Below are positions 1-8,982 of a stretch of 40,617 nucleotides of DNA, one piece after another. Location of the stretch: the IMG/VR virus record IMGVR_UViG_3300033074_001163, positions 1 through 40,617 of that record, one strand, 5' to 3'. The position numbers and the translations under genes are program-made. The DNA is from a virus. Each line of letters starts with the position of its first letter. Position 1 is the first letter of the stretch. Under the pieces are notes generated by a model. That model was given only the letters and a program-made list of their open reading frames with translations. It was not told the DNA's origin and made no database searches.

Positions 1-181
1 ACTTACCAACTTTTAGCCACTTACCAACTTCTAGCGACTTACCAACTTCTAGCGACTTACCAACTTTTAGCGACTCACCAACTTCTAGCCGCTCACCAAC
101 TTTTAGCCACTCACCAACTTCTAGCGACTCACCAACTTCTAGCCGCTCACCAACTTTTAGCCACTCACCAACTTCTAGCGA
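1..181. repeat. 18-bp tandem repeat array, 10 units (ACTYACCAACTTYTAGCS). It continues the array at 40003..40617.
   Basis: Units are in phase every 18 nt from position 1. Only unit positions 1, 4, 13 and 18 vary. Confidence 0.95.
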
Positions 182-325
182 CCTACTAAAAAATGATTTA
201 CTACTAACTAAAGGTATTTTAATGTCTATATGACAATTTGGAAAATTTATATCAATATCTATTTTAAAATACCAATTACACTTATATACGCCCTCATAAT
301 TTTCATCTATAACTATTGTACTCAT
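1..325 (-). CDS. N-terminal part of a hexapeptide-repeat protein. It runs off the window start and joins 39752..40617 if the genome is circular.
   Basis: ATG at 325-323 on the minus strand, AAGGA 9 nt upstream, and an in-frame TGA (328-326) immediately 5' of it. Translation is MSTIVIDENYEGVYKCNWYFKIDIDINFPNCHIDIKIPLVSSKSFFSRS, followed by LEVGEW LKVGER LEVGES and so on. It is absent from the ORF track because there is no stop inside the window. Confidence 0.7.
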   Translation of the reverse strand, partial: MSTIVIDENYEGVYKCNWYFKIDIDINFPNCHIDIKIPLVSSKSFFSRSLEVGEWLKVGERLEVGESLEVGEWLKVGERLEVGESLKVGKSLEVGKSLEVGKWLKVGK

Positions 326-345
326 TCACTTATCCTTTTAGTTTA

Positions 346-361
346 ATTAAAATAATTTTAA
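346..361 (-). promoter_or_regulatory. Class B promoter-leader box (minus strand TTAAAATTATTTTAAT) upstream of the repeat gene
   Basis: The same 15-16 nt box occurs about 20 nt upstream of the starts at 31672, 34155 and 30630. Confidence 0.45.
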
Positions 362-399
362 CTAACATAAACTTAATTATAAATTAAAATCACTACTTT

Positions 400-422
400 T
401 GATATAATAAAAATAAAAAAGG
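400..422 (+). promoter_or_regulatory. Class A promoter-leader box (TGaTATAATAAAAATAAAAAAGG)
   Basis: An extended -10 element followed by a conserved A-rich leader and RBS. Near-identical copies lie at 31738, 33234, 36282, 20843, 30698 and 24813. Confidence 0.6.
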
Positions 423-428
423 TTGATA

Positions 429-1136
429 ATGAATTACAATCAAAGTTTTAAACCGACACTAGAAAGCACAATTTTAAACAGCATTAGAGGAGCTTTAGTA
501 GATACTCATACGACACTAATAGCTAAGATAACTAAAGTAAATCAAAAAACTATTGACTGTAAGCCCGTAATAAGTAGGTTAGTAAACAATAAAACAATTG
601 ATTTACCTATATTTGTAGATGTTCCTATTATTAACTTTTTGGGCGGAAGTTCATCTATTCAAATGCCTTTAGTGGTTGGGGATTATGCTGTTTTATTTGT
701 AGTTGAAAGATGTTTTGATGAATGGTATTCAGGCAATGATTTTAAACCACCTTTGGAAGCTAGAATACACGATTATTCAGATTGTATTGCTTTAGTAGGT
801 TTAAAAAATATGAGTGGAGAATTAGATATACCAACTGTTATTACTATGTTAGGGGATTGCTACCAAGAGGGTAATTATGAACATTTAGGGAATAGAACTC
901 AAACGGGAAATTATACTTTAACGGGTAATCAAACAATAAATGGTAACTTAACCGTAAACGGGAACATAACTTGTACGGGCACTATTTCAGCTTCTAACTT
1001 TACTGGATTAAATGGTTCGTCTATGACTTCTACAAGTGATATTATAAGCGATGGAATTAGTTTACAAAATCATACACACCCACAAAATGACGGTAATGAT
1101 AATGGTGGTGGTGTAAATACGGGAGTAGCTCAATGA
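429..1136 (+). CDS. Baseplate central spike (Gp138-N / Mu gp45 / P2 gpV-like)
   Basis: N-domain motifs VGDYAVLFVVERCFDEW and DYSDCIALVGL. G-N-x-T beta-helix repeats (GNYTLTGNQTINGNLTVNGNITCTG). HTH apex motif (LQNHTHPQ). ATG 429 is preferred over the track's TTG 423 because AAAAGG lies 6 nt upstream. Confidence 0.8.
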   Translation: MNYNQSFKPTLESTILNSIRGALVDTHTTLIAKITKVNQKTIDCKPVISRLVNNKTIDLPIFVDVPIINFLGGSSSIQMPLVVGDYAVLFVVERCFDEWYSGNDFKPPLEARIHDYSDCIALVGLKNMSGELDIPTVITMLGDCYQEGNYEHLGNRTQTGNYTLTGNQTINGNLTVNGNITCTGTISASNFTGLNGSSMTSTSDIISDGISLQNHTHPQNDGNDNGGGVNTGVAQ

Positions 1137-1480
1137 AATTTAGAAGATTAAAAAACAACGACTGGACATTCGGGAGAGGTGTAGCAAATTATGCGGATAG
1201 CGATGAAGCGATTTTGTTAAATTGTAAAACTAGGTTGATGAGTTTTAAAAACGACTGGTTTCTCGACCAAAATCAAAATATAGATTGGTTTACTATTTTA
1301 GGACAAAAGAACAACGAACAAACTATTATAAATGAAGTTGAAAGAGTATGCCTAAATAGTGAGGGTATTGTAAGTGTTGTATCAATAGATATTGTAAAAT
1401 CAGATAATAGAAGTGCAAATATAGAAATAGTTGTAAATACTGTTTTTAGTGAATTGCAAAAATTAGGAGTAGAAATATGA
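1133..1480 (+). CDS. Baseplate wedge protein, gp25/W-like (assigned by position and size)
   Basis: 115 aa. ATGA overlap with the spike gene. It sits between the spike and a J-like gene, as in Mu/P2/PBSX baseplate modules. Confidence 0.45.
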   Translation: MKFRRLKNNDWTFGRGVANYADSDEAILLNCKTRLMSFKNDWFLDQNQNIDWFTILGQKNNEQTIINEVERVCLNSEGIVSVVSIDIVKSDNRSANIEIVVNTVFSELQKLGVEI

Positions 1481-2640
1481 CAATAAACGAAAATGGTTTA
1501 ATAATAGATGATTTTAACACTATCTATACTAGATTATCAGATAAATTTAGGCTTATTTATGGGCAAGATATTAACCTAGAACAAAATAGCCCCGATGGAC
1601 AATTGCTAGGAATCATATCTAATGAAATATATGATTTACAAACTTTAGTTTTACATATATATAATTCATTCGACCCTGATTTGGCTCAAGGTGTGGAGCT
1701 TAATAAATTACTTAAATTAATAGCACAAACAAGAAGAGCATCTACAAAATCAATAGTAGATATAGAAATAGTTGCAAATGCAAATGTAACGCTACCATCC
1801 ACTTATACAATTATAGATGAAAATAAAAATGAATGGGTTATTAATGCGGAAACAACTTTAACTACTGGAACACATACCGTTTCATTTAATGCTGCAAATT
1901 TTGGAGCTATTGAGGCAAGTGCAAATACTATCAATGAAGTTGTAACGGTATTCCCTGAAATTACAAGTGTTAACAATCCATTACCTGCTGAAATTGGAAG
2001 AGATGAAGAAAGCGATGTTTTATTAAGAAAAAGAAGAAACAATTTATTAAGTGTAAATGCAAATTCTACAATAGCATCTATTTATAGCAAATTATTCTTA
2101 TTAGATACTGTAACAGATGCTGTTATCTATGAAAATGCAACAGACACTTATGATAGTGCAAAAGATTTAAATGCTCACACTTTGTGGGTAATTGTAGACG
2201 GTGGAGCGGTTGATGAAATAGCTAAAATTATTGCTACTGATAAAACTATCGGGTGTGATCTAAAAGGTAGTATTGAGGATGACTATATCGAAACATTTTT
2301 AAAAGCGGATGGAACAACTAGAAATATGACACATACAGTTAGATTTGATAGACCATCTGAAATACCTTTATATATCAAACTAACGGTAACAAAAAGACTA
2401 CCGACCGATTTGATTGATACAGACGCTATTAAAAACAAATTAGTAGAAAAAAAATACAACATCAATGAAAAAGCAACGGCTACTGAATTATATGCCTATG
2501 TTTATAGTGCGGGTGGTACTTTTATTGCTTCGGACTTAGAAATAAGCAAAGATGATGTTACTTATGGGAATACAGCCACAAATGATTATGATGAAAAATT
2601 TGTTATTAGTATAAATAGTATAACTATTACAGAGGTGTAA
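1477..2640 (+). CDS. Baseplate J-like protein (Mu gp47 / P2 gpJ family)
   Basis: 387 aa. Overlapping start. Correct position in the baseplate module. The N-terminal region SPDGQLLGIISNEIYDL is typical of J-like proteins. Confidence 0.65.
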   Translation: MTINENGLIIDDFNTIYTRLSDKFRLIYGQDINLEQNSPDGQLLGIISNEIYDLQTLVLHIYNSFDPDLAQGVELNKLLKLIAQTRRASTKSIVDIEIVANANVTLPSTYTIIDENKNEWVINAETTLTTGTHTVSFNAANFGAIEASANTINEVVTVFPEITSVNNPLPAEIGRDEESDVLLRKRRNNLLSVNANSTIASIYSKLFLLDTVTDAVIYENATDTYDSAKDLNAHTLWVIVDGGAVDEIAKIIATDKTIGCDLKGSIEDDYIETFLKADGTTRNMTHTVRFDRPSEIPLYIKLTVTKRLPTDLIDTDAIKNKLVEKKYNINEKATATELYAYVYSAGGTFIASDLEISKDDVTYGNTATNDYDEKFVISINSITITEV

Positions 2641-2641
2641 A

Positions 2642-3349
2642 ATGAGTACTTATGTTGATGGTAATGTAAAAAATTTAATTATGCAATATGGGGATAAATC
2701 GAACGCAGTTGCCACAGTTACAGCAATTACAGAAGAGTTTGAGTTAATATACGATAATGCTAATATTTTAGATGTTGCTTACGATTTGGATAATGCAATA
2801 GGAAAGCAATTAGATATTATAGGTAGAATTGTTGGTATTAATAGAAAAGTGCCTTTTGCAGTGCCTAAAAATTACTTTGGATTTAGTGGGCATTCAAACG
2901 CATATCCTTTTGGAAGCAAATTTAATGTTGTAGTTGCTTATCCATTTAAGAGAAAATCAGAGATACCATATACAGAGGGAGAACTTAACGATAATGATTA
3001 TAGATTATTTATAAGAGCTAAAATTATTAAAAATTATGCAACATCTAAAAATATTGATGAAAGCAAGTTGTCAATTCAAGATGCAATAGACTTTTTGTTT
3101 GAATCAAAAGCTTATATTTCGGACAATAAAGATATGACTATGACTTTAAATATTGATAGTAGTTATGATTTAGAAATGATAAGATATATTGAAAATCTTG
3201 ATTTGCTACCAAGACCTCAAGGTGTTAGATATAATACATATATAAGTTATCAAGAGGGGAAAACTTTTGGTTTCAATAGTTTTAATACTGGATTTGGTAG
3301 TAAATTTCAAACAACTAATCCAACAAGATTTGCTTATAAAATAATATAA
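2642..3349 (+). CDS. Baseplate / fibre-attachment protein (P2 gpI or DUF2612-like)
   Basis: 235 aa, between the J-like gene and the tail fibre gene. N-terminal LIMQYGDKSN resembles DUF2612. Confidence 0.45.
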   Translation: MSTYVDGNVKNLIMQYGDKSNAVATVTAITEEFELIYDNANILDVAYDLDNAIGKQLDIIGRIVGINRKVPFAVPKNYFGFSGHSNAYPFGSKFNVVVAYPFKRKSEIPYTEGELNDNDYRLFIRAKIIKNYATSKNIDESKLSIQDAIDFLFESKAYISDNKDMTMTLNIDSSYDLEMIRYIENLDLLPRPQGVRYNTYISYQEGKTFGFNSFNTGFGSKFQTTNPTRFAYKII

Positions 3350-3362
3350 AGAAAGGAAAAAT

Positions 3363-5705
3363 ATGTTTGAACGATTTAATGGGAATGTTGTACCATTTGC
3401 GGATGAATCAACATCTACAAACAGAACTGTTTTTGGAAGTGAAACACAATCGGACGATATAGACGACAATTTAAACTCTGATTTTAAAAAAGGTTGGGAA
3501 ATCGTAGGATTAAACGATAATCCAACAAGAGAAGATTTTAACGCTATGGGATATACATTAGGATATTTAACTTCTTATTTGTATCAAAATGGAGTAGCGG
3601 AATACAACTTATTACAAGAATATAAAACTAATTCTATTGCAATTGGTACAGATGGAAATATTTATCAATCATTAGTTGATAATAATATAGGAAACGCTTT
3701 AACCGATACTACTAAATGGGTATGTATTGCAAGTAAAAACTCAATTGTAAATAGTATTGCGGAATTAAAAACAATTAGTAATATTGAGTCTATAAATGTA
3801 TTAGGTTACTATGAAAAAGGTGATGGCGGAGGTGGCACATTCTACTGGGATGCAACTTCAACTGAAACAGATAACGGCGGAACAATTATTCAAGCTACTG
3901 GAATAACTACTGGAAGATGGAAAAGAGTATTTAGTGGTGCTGTTAATGTTAAATGGTTTGGTGCTAAAGGGGATGGAGCAACTGCTCAAGATACGGAATT
4001 ACAAAATGTTATAAATTACTGTTCTAATAATAAAACAGCTATGTATATTCCTGATGGAAAATTTTATTTTTATAATTTAGTGCCAAAATCTAATGTTACA
4101 ATTTTAGGAAATGGTGATTCTTCTATACTGGCACAAATACAGCCTACAACAGAAATATTTACTGGTATAATATTTGAACCACATTCAGGTGAAGCACTTG
4201 AAAACTTTAAAATTACCAACCTGTCGTTAGATGGAAATAGATTGTCTTCTCCTGCAATTAGTTATAACAATTCTATATTTTTTAGACTATATAACGGACA
4301 GGCAACTAACATAGAGTTCAATAATGTAAACTTTATAAATAACCAAAGTAACGCTATTATGTTTGCTTCTTATTCTATATATGGAACGGCAAAAGGAATT
4401 AAAGTAATTAATTGCAAGATGAATGGTAAAAATATAGGTAATGGAGCAAATACCGGAGGTGATTTAATACGACTGGAATCTGTTAATTATTCTGATGGTA
4501 ATTATGGACAAATAAGATTTAGAGATATTGAAATTACTAGTAATTATGCCGAAGAAATAAGAACATTAGCAGATGTAAAAAGAGGATGCTCAAACTTTAT
4601 TGTAAGCAATAATATAACTAAAAATATGTACGATTGTCATCATTCTATTGATGGCTCGTATAATGGTCAAGTTGTAAACAATAGTGGAGAAGTATTATCT
4701 AGTTTTAGTGGTAGTGGTTCTACTTTCACAAATTTTATTGAAGTGCAAGGTGAAAATATACTTGTAGCAAATAATACGGGGGATGGTGCAGGACTTGTAA
4801 GAGATGGGATATTTGTAACTGCGTATGGTCATCCAAATGAACCTGAAAAAACTCCATCGAACAACTTTGGTCATCAATCAGTAAATGTTAAAGTTCATAA
4901 TAATAATTTTACTAATATCACTGGAACAGGTCATAGGTTATTACAAGTTGTTAATGGGGTATGTACAGAAAATTTAACTACAAATGCAACCAACTATTCG
5001 GTTTCAATTGAGTCTGGTGTTGGTGGATATACAGATGCTAGCAATGTACCTTTTGTAGCAAAAGCAAACATTATAGATAACAATAAGTCTAAAAACTGTG
5101 GATTAGGTACTGCAATAATTAAAGGTATAGACCATTTTATAGGCTCAAACAATAATGAATACGGACAAGAAGATGTAATATATTCTACTGGTATGTATGC
5201 TAAAAAATATAATGAATTAAATTTAAACTCAACTCTTAGACTTAAATCTACTGGTGTTGCAAACAATATAGAAAATTTTTTATCAGGATACTACCCCGAA
5301 GCAATATCAACATTCGCAAATGTTATTAATTTAAATTATGCAACTGAAATAAACGATGAGTCAACAGTGGCACAGAGAAAAGCTCAAATAGGGAGATACA
5401 CTGCTAAGCAAAATGATATATTTCATTTTAGATATTGGGCAAAAGCTGGGACTAACACAGGACAAGGTTCAGCAATAACGATAGATGAATATGATTCTTC
5501 AAATAACTTTTTAGTTTCTTCTTTTTTAGGGCAAGACAATCCAAGTGTATATACTGAATATATAAAGAAGTATAAAGTTCAAAATGCAAATTGTGCGTAT
5601 GTGACATTAAGCTTATGCCCTGGTGCAAGTTATTCAATAGTTACAACGACTGGCTCAACAATATTTGGAAATGTTCGAGTATCTAAAAATGTAATAGGAG
5701 ATTAA
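3363..5705 (+). CDS. Tail fibre / tailspike with a pectate-lyase-like beta-helix (putative depolymerase)
   Basis: 780 aa. The motif NVKWFGAKGDGATAQDTELQNVINYC is typical of Pectate_lyase_3 tailspikes. N-terminal fibre adaptor region (NPTREDFNAMGYTLGYL). Confidence 0.75.
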   Translation: MFERFNGNVVPFADESTSTNRTVFGSETQSDDIDDNLNSDFKKGWEIVGLNDNPTREDFNAMGYTLGYLTSYLYQNGVAEYNLLQEYKTNSIAIGTDGNIYQSLVDNNIGNALTDTTKWVCIASKNSIVNSIAELKTISNIESINVLGYYEKGDGGGGTFYWDATSTETDNGGTIIQATGITTGRWKRVFSGAVNVKWFGAKGDGATAQDTELQNVINYCSNNKTAMYIPDGKFYFYNLVPKSNVTILGNGDSSILAQIQPTTEIFTGIIFEPHSGEALENFKITNLSLDGNRLSSPAISYNNSIFFRLYNGQATNIEFNNVNFINNQSNAIMFASYSIYGTAKGIKVINCKMNGKNIGNGANTGGDLIRLESVNYSDGNYGQIRFRDIEITSNYAEEIRTLADVKRGCSNFIVSNNITKNMYDCHHSIDGSYNGQVVNNSGEVLSSFSGSGSTFTNFIEVQGENILVANNTGDGAGLVRDGIFVTAYGHPNEPEKTPSNNFGHQSVNVKVHNNNFTNITGTGHRLLQVVNGVCTENLTTNATNYSVSIESGVGGYTDASNVPFVAKANIIDNNKSKNCGLGTAIIKGIDHFIGSNNNEYGQEDVIYSTGMYAKKYNELNLNSTLRLKSTGVANNIENFLSGYYPEAISTFANVINLNYATEINDESTVAQRKAQIGRYTAKQNDIFHFRYWAKAGTNTGQGSAITIDEYDSSNNFLVSSFLGQDNPSVYTEYIKKYKVQNANCAYVTLSLCPGASYSIVTTTGSTIFGNVRVSKNVIGD

Positions 5706-5706
5706 A

Positions 5707-5946
5707 ATGGCATTAATTAGGAACATATTTATAAATGAAGAAGAAATAAAAGGATGCTACACAAGAGTAGTTGTTGATAATGATAATATAGTAAAACTAT
5801 ACACATATAGAAACAAAGAAGAAAGGATTAAAGAAAATCCTTTGCTTATTGAATATTTTGAAAATTTATCTAGTGAAAAAGAGATAAGCGAGTTATATTT
5901 AGATATAAAAGAGATACAATATTTTAATAGCTTAAAAGACTGTTAG
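5707..5946 (+). CDS. Hypothetical protein downstream of the fibre gene (a fibre chaperone is possible)
   Basis: 79-aa ORF tightly packed with its neighbours. Confidence 0.55.
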   Translation: MALIRNIFINEEEIKGCYTRVVVDNDNIVKLYTYRNKEERIKENPLLIEYFENLSSEKEISELYLDIKEIQYFNSLKDC

Positions 5947-5947
5947 T

Positions 5948-6331
5948 ATGACACTAGAAAACCTAAATAAAAACTACAGTTACAAAACCGACCATAATAA
6001 CTATGGTCGGATAGAGCATTGGCAAGTGATGAAGCCAAACGAAAAAGGACATTATATAGGTGATTGCGAAGATTACTGCTTAACTTTAAAAAAGCTAATT
6101 CCACAGTTTAAAGATTGGGATTTATACTTTTGCAAGATTAATGGTAATGGTCATTGTATCTTATACAAAAATGGTGATGCGATAGACTGTAATATTAAGT
6201 CAATAACTACATTTGAACAATATTGCAAGATATATAAGGTAACTGAATTCAAGAAGTATAATTGGTTTACGATATTTTCTAAACTATTATTTGCTAAAAT
6301 ATTTAAAATTATAGGTAGGATAAATGACTGA
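5948..6331 (+). CDS. Transglutaminase-like cysteine peptidase (BTLCP-like)
   Basis: GDCEDYCLTLKK (catalytic Cys context), then GHCILY and AIDCN in the spacing of a Cys-His-Asp triad. Confidence 0.5.
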   Translation: MTLENLNKNYSYKTDHNNYGRIEHWQVMKPNEKGHYIGDCEDYCLTLKKLIPQFKDWDLYFCKINGNGHCILYKNGDAIDCNIKSITTFEQYCKIYKVTEFKKYNWFTIFSKLLFAKIFKIIGRIND

Positions 6332-6659
6332 TGAAGAATTAAAAGAAAAGATAATCCGACACGATTATGAGTTTAAAGCACTTACTTCATCTCTAGGTGA
6401 ATTAAGTAGCAATATGAAAGAACTAACAGAAAGTTTAAAGCATATCGCAGTTATTAATGAAAAGCTTTTTAATATGGATAAAGAGCTTAAAGAGTCTTTT
6501 CAAAGAGTACATAAAAGAGCAGATGAAATAGAAGCGGAAATAAAAGAACTAGAATTAGTAAAGATTTTAGTTAAGTACCCAAAAATAACTATGTTTATGG
6601 TTATTGGTGCTTATGTTATGACATTTGATAGTGTCAGAAAAACAATATTTGGAGGCTAA
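6324..6659 (+). CDS. Coiled-coil protein with a C-terminal TM helix (lysis-associated, holin/spanin-like)
   Basis: Hydrophobic segment ITMFMVIGAYVMTF. It lies just upstream of the endolysin. Confidence 0.35.
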   Translation: MTDEELKEKIIRHDYEFKALTSSLGELSSNMKELTESLKHIAVINEKLFNMDKELKESFQRVHKRADEIEAEIKELELVKILVKYPKITMFMVIGAYVMTFDSVRKTIFGG

Positions 6660-6661
6660 CA

Positions 6662-7138
6662 ATGTTCGGAATAGATTTTATAGATAAACTAATAGGGGAA
6701 GTTGGACTTCCTCTTGTTAAAAAGGGTATCAAGTCAATAACTGGTATTGATTTAGATGATAAAGAATTAACACCAGAACAAAAGCAAAAAATTATGGATT
6801 CTCAAATTGAGATTATGAAGATTGATTTTGAAAAGTTGAAATTAGAATATCAAAATACAAATGATGCAAGAGATATGCAAAAAGTAGCACTACAACAAGA
6901 TGATATTTTTAGCAAAAGATTTGTTTACTACTTAGCTACATTTTGGAGCTTTGTGTGTGTAATTTATATATTCTTTATAACATTTGGAAATATTCCCGAG
7001 TCTAATGTTAGATTTGCTGATACGATACTAGGTTTTTTATTAGGAACAATTATAGCAACGATTATTAATTTCTTTTTAGGAAGCTCAAAAGGAAGTGCGG
7101 ATAAGCAAGAAATTATAAATAAATTAAAGGACAACTAA
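6662..7138 (+). CDS. Membrane protein, putative holin
   Basis: Two C-terminal TM helices (FVYYLATFWSFVCVIYIFFITF and ILGFLLGTIIATIINFFLG). Its stop overlaps the endolysin start. Confidence 0.4.
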   Translation: MFGIDFIDKLIGEVGLPLVKKGIKSITGIDLDDKELTPEQKQKIMDSQIEIMKIDFEKLKLEYQNTNDARDMQKVALQQDDIFSKRFVYYLATFWSFVCVIYIFFITFGNIPESNVRFADTILGFLLGTIIATIINFFLGSSKGSADKQEIINKLKDN

Positions 7139-7551
7139 TGTATAAATTTAGCAAAAGAAGTTTAGATAATTTAGCAACATCAGAAGAAAAGCTACAACTA
7201 TTATTTAAAGAAGTGATTAAAGAGTTTGATTGTACTGTTATATATGGGCATAGAACACCTGAAGAACAATTTGAATTATTTAAGCAAGGAAGAGAAAAAA
7301 AAGATGGTTGGTGGGTAAAGGTTGGTAAAACCGTAACCAACTTAGATGGTTTTGCTAAAAAATCAAAGCATAATTATTTTCCTAGTAAAGCCGTTGATGT
7401 AGTACCATATCCTTTGGATTGGAACGATATAGAAAGCTTTAAAAAATTAGCTGTTGTTGTAAAGAAAAAGGCAAAAGAGTTAAATATTGATGTGGAGTGG
7501 GGCGGTGACTGGGTGTCTTTTAAAGATTATCCTCACTGGCAAGTTAAATAA
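7138..7551 (+). CDS. Endolysin, peptidase M15 (VanY / L-Ala-D-Glu peptidase-like)
   Basis: YGHRTPEEQFELFKQGR, SKHNYFPSKAVDVVPYP and WGGDW..DYPHWQ, which are zinc-ligand H/D/H contexts. Confidence 0.85.
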   Translation: MYKFSKRSLDNLATSEEKLQLLFKEVIKEFDCTVIYGHRTPEEQFELFKQGREKKDGWWVKVGKTVTNLDGFAKKSKHNYFPSKAVDVVPYPLDWNDIESFKKLAVVVKKKAKELNIDVEWGGDWVSFKDYPHWQVK

Positions 7552-7561
7552 TATTAATATT

Positions 7562-7591
7562 ATTTTAAGAATAAAGTAATATAATTACCTT
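7562..7591 (+). promoter_or_regulatory. Conserved box ATTTTAAG-N8-AATATAATTACCTT (copy 1)
   Basis: The same two blocks recur at 20752..20782 with N9 spacing. It contains TATAAT and the iteron-like core TAATTACC. Confidence 0.4.
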
Positions 7592-7689
7592 AGTGCTTTT
7601 AGCACTTCTGTGTAATACTCATTCTCTTACATTTTCTCTTTGGGAAAAGGAAGTTATCTAAGGTTAAAACCTTGTAGCTTCCTTTTTTT
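7586..7689 (+). ncRNA. Candidate short non-coding transcript (box-to-terminator unit)
   Basis: No ATG between TATAAT (7580-7585) and the terminator. A 5' hairpin AGTGCT/AGCACT, a CU-rich centre and a terminal hairpin with a T7 run. Confidence 0.25.
7649..7689. terminator. Bidirectional intrinsic terminator between convergent genes
   Basis: GGAAG..AAGG-TTAAAA-CCTT..CTTCC hairpin followed by T7. An A/T run on the other side serves the minus strand. Confidence 0.7.
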
Positions 7690-7691
7690 AT

Positions 7692-8147
7692 TTATGCAAT
7701 CATTTTGTTAAAGTTTTGCTTTAAATCTCTTATAGATTCTATACTTAAAGACTTTATTTTATTTTCTACTTTTTCAATCACTTTTAAACTAGCTTCATAA
7801 GATAAATCGAGAGTGTTCATATATTGATTTGGTATTTCCACGATATGTGATATTTTAGTTTGTGTAACAAAAGGTGCATACTCTTTTATTAGTGCTTCAA
7901 TATCAATTATTAGCTGTTTAGCGTAACAAATAGTATTATGCTTTTCTTCCTCAAATTTTAAATATTCGCTTAAATCATCAAAGTTGTATCTACTGTATGA
8001 AGCCTGAACTATATATTTTTTGTTCTTAAAAATGCCCTCTTTGTCATTTCTTTTGTGAACATTAAAGGCACAAACCATAGACTCAAAATTTTTATATTTG
8101 TCTTTAAAATAAAGATTGTGCATTTCTTTAGCTGATATTGTGTTCAT
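7692..8147 (-). CDS. Hypothetical early protein
   Basis: The ORF is open to 8216. The Met at 8147 is preferred because AAAGG lies 8 nt upstream, which shortens the overlap with 8128..8325. Confidence 0.55.
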   Translation of the reverse strand: MNTISAKEMHNLYFKDKYKNFESMVCAFNVHKRNDKEGIFKNKKYIVQASYSRYNFDDLSEYLKFEEEKHNTICYAKQLIIDIEALIKEYAPFVTQTKISHIVEIPNQYMNTLDLSYEASLKVIEKVENKIKSLSIESIRDLKQNFNKMIA

Positions 8148-8325
8148 CAAATAAACCTTTGTCATCTTCATCTTTTGGATTAGCATAATAAATATCTGAA
8201 AAATATTCGCATTCATCTATTGACAAACTTTTTAGTCTTTCATTAAAATAATCACTTTTTGGATTAAAGCACATCATTCCATTTTGTTTATTTTCTACGT
8301 AAGAATCACATTTTAAACATTTCAT
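8128..8325 (-). CDS. Small Cys-containing protein (zinc-ribbon-like)
   Basis: MKCLKCDSY..MMCF. Co-oriented and tightly packed. Confidence 0.5.
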   Translation of the reverse strand: MKCLKCDSYVENKQNGMMCFNPKSDYFNERLKSLSIDECEYFSDIYYANPKDEDDKGLFDEHNIS

Positions 8326-8326
8326 A

Positions 8327-8716
8327 TTATTCCTTTATTAATTCATAAAATCTATTAACTAAAACTTTAGCATCAAAAATTAAAGCATTCCTAGAAAACT
8401 GTTTTTGTTTATTTAATTCCATAGCTTTATTTGTTAAACTTTTATATTTATCTCTATCTGGATTCTTAAGGATTAAATGAACAATAAATGCTAAAATAGA
8501 AACTGGAACTTCATCATCTTCAACATAGCTTCTAAAAAAATCCCAACCTTTTACAAGATTTTTTCTTAAATTTATTTTTTTTCTTTTGTAAGATGACAAA
8601 ATCAATTCTAAGTGATAATCTAAATACTTTAAATCATCTGTTAATTTATTTTCTTCTTTATAGCACAACATAAAATTATAAGCTACTAAATAGCCCTGTA
8701 TGGCTTTTATTTTCAT
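8327..8716 (-). CDS. Hypothetical early protein
   Basis: 129-aa ORF, co-oriented and tightly packed. Confidence 0.6.
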   Translation of the reverse strand: MKIKAIQGYLVAYNFMLCYKEENKLTDDLKYLDYHLELILSSYKRKKINLRKNLVKGWDFFRSYVEDDEVPVSILAFIVHLILKNPDRDKYKSLTNKAMELNKQKQFSRNALIFDAKVLVNRFYELIKE

Positions 8717-8774
8717 TCTCTTTTCTCTCTTTATTTTATTAAATCTTTTATCGCATCAAAAAATGATTTATTTA

Positions 8775-8972
8775 TCATTTATTATTCCTTTCATCTTTGT
8801 GTCGCTCATAGCACTCATCTTCAAAGTCATCTTTGCAAGATTCAAACTCTCCCAATGCAAACTCATTGAAAGATATTAACTTTTTGATATTATTATCAAT
8901 TTCTTCTAAGTACTCATTGTATTTTTCTTCTAATTTGTCGCAGTTTTTATCAAACCAGTTTTCAAAGTTCAT
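8775..8972 (-). CDS. Small, highly acidic hypothetical protein
   Basis: 65 aa, rich in D/E (EEKYNEYLEEIDN, DDFEDECYE). Confidence 0.5.
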   Translation of the reverse strand: MNFENWFDKNCDKLEEKYNEYLEEIDNNIKKLISFNEFALGEFESCKDDFEDECYERHKDERNNK

Positions 8973-8982
8973 TTTTTATCCT

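Noticed and set aside
423-428. TTG start at 423 for the spike gene, as given in the ORF track
   Set aside because: ATG at 429 sits 6 nt after the AAAAGG of the conserved leader. The TTG overlaps the RBS itself.
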